Assembly (NCBI RefSeq): GCF_016432865.1
Contig: NC_067400.1
Location: 623,286,001-623,350,000 of the forward strand
Direction: 5' to 3'
From: Antechinus flavipes
Taxonomy: Eukaryota
Length of the DNA stretch: 64,000 bases
Of the stretch, positions 12,601-20,278 are shown in pieces. The notes under the pieces are model-generated. The model was not told where the DNA came from, ran no database searches, and worked only from the letters and a program-made list of their open reading frames with translations. Numbering within the stretch: position 1 is the first letter of the stretch; every line of letters starts with the position of its first letter. The translations under genes and the position numbers were made by a program.

Positions 12601-14380
12601 GCTTCCACCAGCCTGTGCTCTCTGAGGGAGAAGGAAAGGAGGGGACAGGAGACAATAACTGTTACTTCCTCTTCCCAGGACCCCCTCGAGCCCCTTCCCC
12701 AACAGAGTCAGATGCTCGGGCTGGTGAGTAAGGCCGTCTCCGGGCTCCTGGGCAAAGGCTCCCCATGGCAGGCATGCATACCCGCAAAGGCTCCCCATGG
12801 CAGGCATGCATACCCGCAAAGGCTCCCCATGGTGGGATCTGTACCCACAAAGGCTCCCCATGGCGGGCATCCGTACCTGCAAAGGCTCCCCATGGCGGGC
12901 ATCCGTACCTGCAAAGGCTCCCCATGGCGGGCATCCGTACCTGCAAAGGCTCCCCATGGTGGGATCTGTACCCACAAAAGCTCCCCATGGCGGGCATCCA
13001 TACCTGCAAAAGCTCCCCATGGCGGGCATCCGTACCTGCAAAGGCTCCCCATGGCGGGCATCCGTACCTGCAAAGGCTCCCCATGGCGGGCATCCGTACC
13101 CGCAAAGGCTCCCCATGGCGGGCATCCGTACCCGCAAAGGCTCCCCACGGCGGGCATCCGCACCCCCAGCTCTCACTGGGGGCCCCACATTTTCTCGGCT
13201 GTCCTCCCTGGGGGCAGGGGTGGGGTTCAAGTAGCAGTGTGGCGGTGGGGAAAGAGCCCTGGCTTTGGAACCAGTGCTAGGTCGGAACTGGGGCTCTGCC
13301 TCTCGCCAGCTGAGGGTTTACTGGCACCTCACTTAATTCTCTGGTGCATCTGTAAGATGGGGGCTGGGCTAGCTTCCACCAGCCTGTGGTCTCTGAGGGA
13401 GAAGGAAAGGAGGGGACATGGACAATAACTGTTACTTCCTCTATTCCCAGGACCCCCTCAAGCCCCTTCCCCAACAGAGTCAGATGCTCGGGCTGGTGAG
13501 TAAGGCCGTCTCCGGGCTCCTGGGCAAAGGCTCCCCATGGTGGGCATCCGCACCCCCAGCTCCCACTGGGGGCCCCACATTTTCTGGGCTGTTTCCCTGG
13601 GGCAGGGGCGGGGTTCAGGGCTGGGACATCCCCAGGGAGAAGGACTGGAGAAGGGGCTGGCGGTCCCTGAGAAGCCCCCTGAGGCACGGCTGTCACGACA
13701 GGGTGTCCAGCTTGGCAGCCTTCCTCTGTCCAGGCTAATAAATAAGGGGCTTGGAGTCCGTGACCTCTAAGAGCCCCCCAAACGGAACCCCTGGTTCCCT
13801 CTGCTAGAGACAAGAACGAAGGAGAGTGCCTGCGGGTAGAAGAGGGCTTGGGGCGGACACAGGGGTCGCCTTTCTCTCCATTCTCTTCTCCCCGTTTCCA
13901 GGCACTCTCACGTCCCCCCACGTTCCCACAGAGAAGGAGAACATCCCAGCAGGTGAGCCGCCAGACCTCCCAGCTCCGGGAGGGGGCAGGGAGGGACCGC
14001 CACATTTCCCTGGCCTTGCCTCCCTTCTGAGTCAGGGCCCCCCTATTCCCCCACCTCCCCACCCCCCATGCCCAGGGCCCTGGCAGGAGCAGTCTTAGGG
14101 GCTGAGGCTGGTTTCCAGGGCAGCCCCCCCTCCCCCCCAGAGATCCCACCTGAGGAGAGCCCCCAGTGGGGAGGCGGCCCGGGGCCCTCTGCCCCCAGCT
14201 CATAACGGCCTTATCTCGGCAGGTCGCAGCCCCCAGGATTACACGGCGTCCAACCTCGTGCGCTTGGGCCTGGCCGCGCTGGTGGTGACGGCACTGGGGG
14301 GGCTGCTGGCCTGGCGGGGGGGATCCCGCAGGCTTTCGGGCCGCTTTTCCAGGCCCCAGACCCAGCAGCCCCACAGGTGA
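9627..14380 (+). CDS. GP6: Platelet glycoprotein VI-like activating Ig receptor (leader, 2 Ig domains, mucin stalk, Arg-containing TM, short tail), 328 aa
   Basis: Exons 9627-9660, 10042-10077, 10184-10471, 11194-11478, 11940-11984, 12679-12723, 13451-13495, 13902-13952, 14223-14380. All are GT-AG and phase 1, totalling 987 nt with no internal stop. D1 [18 protein letters not shown] vs human [18 protein letters not shown]; D2 [26 protein letters not shown] vs [35 protein letters not shown] vs NLVRICL. Confidence 0.87.
10042..10077 (+). CDS. GP6: GP6-like exon 2 (leader mini-exon, [12 protein letters not shown])
   Basis: 36-nt exon, ctctag/gtgagt; typical LRC leader-2. Confidence 0.88.
10184..10471 (+). 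CDS. GP6: GP6-like exon 3 (Ig domain D1)
   Basis: 288 nt, [12 protein letters not shown]...C...YRC...QLELVVT, ttccag/gtgagg. Confidence 0.93.
10610..11145. repeat. GC-rich minisatellite (VNTR), 14 units of 34-41 bp, in GP6 intron 3
   Basis: Invariant core gtacaaatgcgcacag(c/g)tcccc followed by variable G-runs. 14 cores counted from 10631 to 11112. Confidence 0.95.
11194..11478 (+). CDS. GP6: GP6-like exon 4 (Ig domain D2)
   Basis: 285 nt, [12 protein letters not shown]...C...YKC...LLELRVK, cctcag/gtgcgg. Confidence 0.93.
11940..11984 (+). CDS. GP6: GP6-like stalk exon 5a ([15 protein letters not shown])
   Basis: 45 nt, phase 1-1, ttcccag/gtgagt. Confidence 0.8.
12015..12385. repeat. 31-32 bp minisatellite, about 12 units (duplication unit 1)
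   Basis: ggctccccatggcgggcatccgtacctgcaaa and the variant ccccatggtgggatctgtacccacaaa. Confidence 0.95.
12679..12723 (+). CDS. GP6: GP6-like stalk exon 5b ([15 protein letters not shown])
   Basis: 45 nt, phase 1-1, ttcccag/gtgagt. Confidence 0.8.
12755..13160. repeat. 31-32 bp minisatellite, about 13 units (duplication unit 2)
   Basis: Same unit as 12015-12385. Only one copy follows exon 5c (about 13530). Confidence 0.95.
13451..13495 (+). CDS. GP6: GP6-like stalk exon 5c ([15 protein letters not shown])
   Basis: 45 nt, phase 1-1, ttcccag/gtgagt; differs from 5b by one nucleotide. Confidence 0.8.
13902..13952 (+). CDS. GP6: GP6-like stalk exon 6 ([17 protein letters not shown])
   Basis: 51 nt, long pyrimidine tract plus ttccag, donor gtgagc, phase 1-1. 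Confidence 0.8.
14223..14380 (+). CDS. GP6: GP6-like TM/cytoplasmic exon
   Basis: [59 protein letters not shown] is the signature of FcR-gamma-coupled LRC receptors. Confidence 0.9.
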
Positions 14381-14487
14381 AGGGGCTGCCTCCAAGCCAT
14401 CCCAGATCCTGCAGCTGATCCGGAGACTGGTCTGGGGGGGGGGGGCAGGGCGCAAGCAGCCGGGGGTCTCAGCTGTAGTCTCAGCTT

Positions 14488-14493
14488 CATAAA
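14488..14493 (+). terminator. Possible variant poly(A) signal (CATAAA) for the GP6-like gene
   Basis: About 110 nt after the stop and followed by GU-rich gtctggcgtgtgttg. No AATAAA nearby. Confidence 0.3.
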
Positions 14494-15764
14494 GTCTGGC
14501 GTGTGTTGCTGAGCCCCTTCGTGCGTCCGTCCGTTGGCGTCTGGGTCGGAGGCCTCCTCAGAGACGGGCTGGGTCGGCTGTCACTCCAAACAGGAGCACA
14601 GAGCCGGTGCTCAGGGGGCCTCCACTTAACCCTCTGCTGCCGACACCAATGCGCGCCCGTTTTATAGGCGGGAGGAGATTACCCCGATAATGGGCACGTT
14701 GCAGGGCTGGGCTCCTGTCTGCTCCATCCCTGAGAATCCCCCCTGGCCCAGGCAGCCTCCCCCGCTCCAGCCTCTTCCTCCCAGGTCCACCCCCAGAAGC
14801 CAGCTCTGCCAAGGCCCCGCTGCCCCCTTTCACCGTCTGGTCTGGCAGCCCTGACCTTGCCCGGGATCCTGGGCCGGGAGCCCTTCCTGCTTCCCTTCCT
14901 CTGCCCTCCCCCAGCCAGCACCCCGAGGAGGAGAACGGGACTGATGAGCCACCCCATTAACTTTAAGGCTGCAATGGCAGCCATGCTGCCCAGGCAGGAG
15001 GGAGAGGCTCAAGTGCGACGAGAAGGCCGCCCGGGAGGTGACCTGGAGGACCCTGGGACCCCGCCCGGAGGACCCTGGGACCCCCAGCACCAAGCGGGGC
15101 TCGGGTCGTTCAGGTCCCTGGGCAGAATCCCGCTGCCAGCCAGGCCCTGGGCACCAGATGTGCCTCCGGGCACCGTGGGAGGCTGTCCCTGCTGCTCGGC
15201 TCCTTGACATGGGGTTGGGTAAGCCCCTCTCTCGGGGGCTCCAGGAAAGGGCAGCAGCCCGGCCCTCAGGTCCCAGGATCCTCCGGGGCTTGCTTCTTGG
15301 CCAGATAAAGGAGGACCTGAAGTTTCTTTGGCTAAACTCTGAGGCCAGTCTCTGACCGACTGTCCTGGGGTCCAACCCCGGGCCTGCCTCCCTCTGGTGT
15401 TCCTGGGGGGGGGGGGTCCGGGACCGGCGGCCTCCAGCCCAACGTTCCCTCTCATGCCCGTGAATGAGCGCCATCTCCCCCACGGCCCCCACGGCCCCAC
15501 AGCCCCCCAGCTCCCCAGACACAGAAAGGGAGAGCCAGGACCGAACAAAAGGAGGGAAGGCTCGACAGCGTTCTGAGCTGGGGAGGCCTCCCTTTGTGAA
15601 GGAGGACACTGAGCTTGGGAACAGGGGGAGTGAGCTGGCTGGGGATCCAGAGGCCGGGTGAGGGGCAGAGCTCGGAGCACCTCTCCAGCTGGGGAGGGCA
15701 GGCAGGGCTGGACCCTGGTGCCTCTCCTTCACTGGGGTTCCCGGGAGGGCAGGCAGGGCTGGAA

Positions 15765-16115
15765 CTCAGAGTAGCCCCTCGGGGCGGGGAGGGAGCCCCG
15801 GGGAGGAGGATGGTGATGGGAGCAGGAGCGATCTGGGGGCGCCCTGCGCCTCCCATTCTCTGGGGTTCTCAGGAGGGCAGATACTCAGAGTAGCCCCTCA
15901 GGGCGGGGAGGGACCCCCGGGGAGGAGGAGGGATGGGAGGGGGGGATCTGGGGGCGCCCTGCGCCTCCCATTCTCTGGGGTTCTCAGGAGGGCAGATACT
16001 CAGAGTAGCCCCTCAGGGCGGGGAGGGACCCCCGGGGAGGAGGAGGGTGAGGGGAGCGGAGGGATCTGGGGGCGCCCTGCGCCTCTCATTCTCTGGGGCT
16101 CCCGGGAGGGCGGGC
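15765..16115. repeat. Tandem repeat, 3 x 115-119 bp, G-rich
   Basis: ctcagagtagcccctc...gatctgggggcgccctgcgcctcccattctctgggg starting at 15765, 15884 and 15999. Confidence 0.9.
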
Positions 16116-16463
16116 GTCGGCCAGGCAGAGGCAGTGGGGAGGCCTGTGCTCCTGGCCTTGGAAGGACCCTCGATGTCCTCTTCCTCCCACTCCATCCTGT
16201 CTAGTAGCGCCCCATCCCCCACCAGCTGAATCTGGAAGCCATTACTCTTCCCAAGCCAGGCTCCAGGAAATTCCAGGCCAGGAAGCGGAGCGGTGGGGGC
16301 CCAGGGGGAGGGGCAGGTCAAGGGCTCCCAGGCGTCTCCTCCAGCAGCCCAAAGCCTCCTCCGGCTCCCGAGCCCCAGGAGAAATTCCAGCCTCCTCTCT
16401 CTGGCCCTTATCCCTAATCTGAGGTCGGTCCAGCACCCGGGGGGAATTCCCGGACAGCTGGCC

Positions 16464-16800
16464 CTTTAAATCCCAGAGCCAAACTTTTGGGGCTGACGGA
16501 GGGAGGGATGGGGGGGAGGGGCCAGGGACTTAACCCTCCCAACCCCGCGAGGGGCCAGATTGGGCGTCGGCTCCGGATCCTCGGGCTCCCGCTCCGCTCT
16601 CCTTTTCTGGCATGGCCCCCTCCAACTGGGGCTGACCGCCGGCCAGGTAGGACGGGACGGGAGTGTCTGGATCCCCGAGGGGGTGGCGGCTGGTAGGCTG
16701 GACGGCAGGATCCCCGATGGAGCGAGGGCTGGGGGCTCGGACGCCCGGGTCCCTGAGGCCCCTCCTGGCTCTCCCTTTGCCAGGTAAAAGGAGGGGGTGC
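16464..16800 (+). promoter_or_regulatory. CDC42EP5: Probable CDC42EP5 promoter and non-coding 5' exons
   Basis: TATA-like tttaaa at about 16464, donor CAG|GTAGGA at 16646/7, and a possible 17-nt exon 16784-16800 (ctttgccag/gtgagg). Human CDC42EP5 has non-coding 5' exons. Confidence 0.35.
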
Positions 16801-17374
16801 GTGAGGAGGAGTCGGACCCAAGGGGCCCAGCCCCAGCAGAGTGGAGCTGGCCAGGACTGAGGACCCTCCCGGGGCCCAAGGATCCCCCTAAAGGGTAAGG
16901 GGGACGGTGGGGTGGGTGGACCCAGCCCCCGGGCAAAGAAGCCACGTGGGCGGCCGGGGGGGGGGGTGGAGGTGGGGGGAGAGACGGGCCACCGCGGAGG
17001 GCCAGGCTCACACCGGGCTGGGCTCCCCACCCCCCAGCCCTCTCCTGGAACTGGAGAACCAGTCCAGCGGGATCCAGGTGGGTGTGATTTCCGCCTGGGA
17101 GGGCCCGTGATGTTTGTAGGGGGAGGGGTAACCCAGGGACACGTGGAGGTGAGCCAGCTGGAGGAAGTAGGGAAGCTGGCCGCGCTCGGAGGGGGGTGGG
17201 GAGGGGGGCAGAGCCGGGCTCTCCGGGGACCGCTCGCTTCTCCCCCGGGAGGGGAGCCCGGAGGACTCTGGGTAGCCTGGCCCGTTGAGGGGCCGGTCGG
17301 GAACAGCAGGGAAAGCCGCTTCTCCGCCCCATCCCGAGCTCCCCGGGCTAACCCGAGCCCTCCTCTCCTCGCAG

Positions 17375-17875
17375 ATGCCCATCCTGAAACAGCTGGGCCC
17401 GGCCGTGCCCAAAAAGCGCCTGGATCGAGATGCCATCTCGGCCCCCCTGGGGGACTTTCGGCACACCATGCATGTGGGGCGCGGGGGCGATGCCTTTGGG
17501 GACACGTCCTTCCTGAGTCGCCACGGCGGCGGAGGCGGGGGTCCCGGCCCCTCCCCGGCCCCGTCCCCGGGCCCGTCCCCGGCTCCCTCGGCCGCCCCAT
17601 CCCCCGCGCGCCCTGCCCTGCCACCCCCCACGGTTCCCCAGCCCCCGCGGCCTTCGGAGGGCCAGGCCGAGTCCCGGGCGGCCGCGGGAGACCCGTTTCT
17701 GTCCTTTCACCTGGATCTGGGGCCTTCCCTCCTAGAGGAGGTGCTGGGAGTGATGGATCGAGGGGGGGCCCTAGCGGATGCAGGCGCTGCCTCGAGTGCC
17801 CCCAACGGGGGGCTGCTGCCCTCCCAGCGGGGCTTCGGCTCCGAGGAGGACCTGGATGAAGTTATCGGGCTGTAG
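17375..17875 (+). CDS. CDC42EP5: CDC42 effector protein 5 (Borg3), 166 aa
   Basis: MPILKQLGPAVPKK...ISAPLGDFRHTMHVGRGGDAFGDTSFLSRHG (CRIB), FHLDLGPSLLEEVLGVMD (BH3), ending DEVIGL*. The acceptor cag abuts the ATG. Confidence 0.97.
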   Translation: MPILKQLGPAVPKKRLDRDAISAPLGDFRHTMHVGRGGDAFGDTSFLSRHGGGGGGPGPSPAPSPGPSPAPSAAPSPARPALPPPTVPQPPRPSEGQAESRAAAGDPFLSFHLDLGPSLLEEVLGVMDRGGALADAGAASSAPNGGLLPSQRGFGSEEDLDEVIGL

Positions 17876-18029
17876 CGGGGCCGCCAGGAGACGCTTCTCT
17901 TCCAGAACCCAAGCCTCGGCCCAGCCTTGCTCCAGAAGTTTTTATACGATGCCCCCTGTATAGCACCCTCTTCCCTCCCCCTTCCCCTCCATGCCCAGCC
18001 GCTGCTCCCCACCCCCCGAAATCTTTATA

Positions 18030-18035
18030 TATAAA
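18030..18035 (+). terminator. Possible variant poly(A) signal (TATAAA) of CDC42EP5
   Basis: Only AT-rich island after the stop, followed by GU-rich tcggctgctttggcgtcggtgttt. Confidence 0.4.
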
Positions 18036-18312
18036 TAGCATTTATTTCGGCTGCTTTGGCGTCGGTGTTTCTGCGGGCTCCTGGGGCGTTAGGGAGAGTG
18101 TCTGCGGGCTCCTGGGGCGGTAGGGTGGGAGTGTCTGCGGGCTCCTGGGACAAGGGTGCTCGTGCTGGAAGAGCAACTGGGATTCTTTGGGCCTCAGTTT
18201 CTCTTTCAGGTCCTTTCCAGGCCCGTGGCCACACTAACGGTCTCTGGTGCTCCCATGGGGAGGGCTTTGGGACACGCCCTTCTTGGAGCCACACCTCCGC
18301 CCTTTCGGGGGC

Positions 18313-19803
18313 ATGACCGATAACCCCACCCCCACCCCGGCGGAGAAGGGGAACCAGCCGGGCTGGGCCGCTCCGCTGCGCGGGCCCCTTAAGAGCCTCA
18401 CCCCTGGCACACGGACTCCGAAGGGGCGTGACCGGCGAGGCCGGAAGAGCCGGGGACACCTGGGTCCCGGGAGCCAGCCCTTGGCCCTGGGCGGCGGCGG
18501 CGGCGGCGGCGGCATGGAGGAAGGGGGAGGTCCGGAGCCCGTCTGCCGCTTCTACCTGGAGGGGCGCTGCCATTTCGGGGCCCGCTGCCGGCTCCCCCAC
18601 CCCGGCGCCGAAGGCCGGGCTCGGGCTGAGCCTCTGCCGGGGCCGGCCTCGAGCCCCGAGGGCAAGAAGCCCTCCATGAAGACGGCCCAGGCGGTGATCG
18701 ACCGCATCCGCTGGGACCCTCACCTGGAGCCCGCCGACTTCTCCGTGGGCTACCTGGACCGCTTCCGCGGCGTGCAGGAAGAGCCCTTCACCGCCTTCTG
18801 CTGGGACGAGGACCTGGCTGCGCTGGGCCCCGGGGTGCTGGCCGTGCCCCAGCACCGCATCCGCTACTTCCGACACCGCGGCCGCCTCGTGTGGGACCGC
18901 GCCTCCCGCACCGACCTCGTCTTCGGCTCGGCCGCGGGCCGCGGGACCACCATCCTGGACGGGCTCGCCACGGCCGGCGGGCCCGGAGCCGGAGAAGAGG
19001 GCGGGCCCGGGACGGAGCCCGAAGGCCGGGGAGAGGAGGGCGGGCCCGGAACGGAGGCCGGAGCTGGGGAAGAGGATGGCAAACCAGGGACTGAGGCCAA
19101 AGGCCGGAGCGAGGGCAGGCCCGGAGCCCCGGAAGAGGACCGCGGACCAGAGAGGGAGCCCAAAGGCCGGGGAGAGGAGGGCGGGCCCGGGACGAGCGGC
19201 CGCTCCGACAGCGGGAGAGGGGCCGCCGAGGGCCTCCGCCCCACACATTTCGTAGCCCTCCCGATAACGGACCCGCAGCTGCGGGCAGCAGTAGTCGGGG
19301 CCCAGGCCGGCCTGGCCGGGGCCGTGAGCCCCGGAGCCCTGCACCTGACCTTGGTCTTGCTGCGCCTCGCAGGCCCCGGGGAGGTGGCCGCGGCCGCGGG
19401 GGCCCTGAGACAACTGGTCCGGGGCCCCGGCTTCCACTGTCCCAGAGCACTCCATTTCCAGAACCTGGCGTGCCTGGACCACAGACTCATCTATTCCCTC
19501 CCAAGCCCGGGCCTCGAGGGCTTAGCCCAGGCCCTGGCCCGGGGCCTCGAGGCCGAGGGGCTTCAGGTCCTGGAAGCCGCAGGCCGGGAGCTCGGCCCCC
19601 ACCTCACTCTGGCCAAACTGCCTCGGGGGAGCCCCGGGCGCTTGTCGCTACCCGAGGCCCCGGGGGACGCCGAGCTGGGCAGCCAATCGGTGGAAGAGCT
19701 CCAGCTATGCTCCGTGGGAGGGGCGCAGGGACCCGAGGCGGGGTCCTCTGTATTAGCCCAGGTGCCCCTGGTGCCCTCCACCCTGCCAGGGGCTCTCCAC
19801 TAG
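18313..19803 (+). CDS. LENG9: LENG9: CCCH zinc finger, MJ1316/DUF504 domain, AKAP7-like 2H phosphoesterase (single exon)
   Basis: CRFYLEGRCHFGARCRLPH; VIDRIRWDPHLEPADFSVGYLDRF...VPQHRIRYF...VWDRASRTD; RPTHFVAL, LHLTL, PHLTL. In-frame ATGs at 18313 (496 aa) and 18514 (strong Kozak, 429 aa); the real start is uncertain. Confidence 0.95.
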   Translation: MTDNPTPTPAEKGNQPGWAAPLRGPLKSLTPGTRTPKGRDRRGRKSRGHLGPGSQPLALGGGGGGGGMEEGGGPEPVCRFYLEGRCHFGARCRLPHPGAEGRARAEPLPGPASSPEGKKPSMKTAQAVIDRIRWDPHLEPADFSVGYLDRFRGVQEEPFTAFCWDEDLAALGPGVLAVPQHRIRYFRHRGRLVWDRASRTDLVFGSAAGRGTTILDGLATAGGPGAGEEGGPGTEPEGRGEEGGPGTEAGAGEEDGKPGTEAKGRSEGRPGAPEEDRGPEREPKGRGEEGGPGTSGRSDSGRGAAEGLRPTHFVALPITDPQLRAAVVGAQAGLAGAVSPGALHLTLVLLRLAGPGEVAAAAGALRQLVRGPGFHCPRALHFQNLACLDHRLIYSLPSPGLEGLAQALARGLEAEGLQVLEAAGRELGPHLTLAKLPRGSPGRLSLPEAPGDAELGSQSVEELQLCSVGGAQGPEAGSSVLAQVPLVPSTLPGALH

Positions 19804-20005
19804 CCGCGGGAGGCTGCGCCCAAGGCACCCTCCTGCCTCCTCAGTGGCGGTGGGGGCGGAGCCCTCCAACACCAAGCTGCCCCCCTTGATAGAAGCACCC
19901 CAAGGCGGGAGTGGGGGTGGGGGGAAGGAAGAAACAGGCAAAACAAAAAACCAGCCACGTCCAGGACTTAGTTCATTCTCTCTCTTTCTCTCTTCTTTTT
20001 TTTTC

Positions 20006-20011
20006 TTTAAT
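20006..20011 (-). terminator. Candidate LENG8 poly(A) signal (ATTAAA on minus strand)
   Basis: TTTAAT on +; on the minus strand it is followed by U/GU-rich tggttttttgttttgcctgttt. Confidence 0.45.
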
Positions 20012-20272
20012 TAACTTTCTCTTATTTTTTTTTTTTCCCAAACCGTGCTCAGCACTCCTTGGTTGCAGGAAAGGAGGGAGGGAGGAAGGAAGGAGGGTGG
20101 GGAGGGGTGGTGGGAAGGGAAGGGGAGGGTCGAAGAAACAGGAACATCTGGAAAGGAGAGGCAGCCTGACAGTCCAGCTGTTTTCGATCTCATTGCACAT
20201 TATTGAGTTACATGGTAGAAAAGGGAGGGGGAGAAGGGGGGTGAAAAGAAAGGGGGAGAAAATAATTTAAAA

Positions 20273-20278
20273 AATAAA
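20273..20278 (+). terminator. Candidate LENG9 poly(A) signal (AATAAA)
   Basis: First canonical AATAAA on + after the LENG9 stop. Confidence 0.4.

Larger units (their letters stand above)
11800..13600 (+). repeat. Tandem triplication (~740-770 bp units), each unit carrying a 45-nt stalk exon
   Basis: cctggctttggaacc at 11801, 12487 and 13258; ggggctgggctagcttccaccagcctgtg at about 11850, 12590 and 13360; exon starts 739 and 772 bp apart. Confidence 0.95.

Noticed and set aside
10610-13160. CRISPR-like appearance of the 32-41 bp arrays
   Set aside because: No unique spacers: the units are contiguous variants of one another, inside introns of a vertebrate gene, with no cas genes.
10498-13428. 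Many long overlapping ORFs on both strands (for example 12379-13428, 349 aa; 10636-11379)
   Set aside because: They translate stop-free GC-rich minisatellites in several frames at once. The real coding parts are the short spliced exons.
16466-17859. Several 200-360 aa Pro/Gly-rich ORFs overlapping CDC42EP5
   Set aside because: CpG-island artefacts. Only 17375-17875 matches a known protein.
18025-19482. 485-aa minus-strand ORF
   Set aside because: Antisense shadow of GC-rich LENG9 codons, with no recognisable domain.
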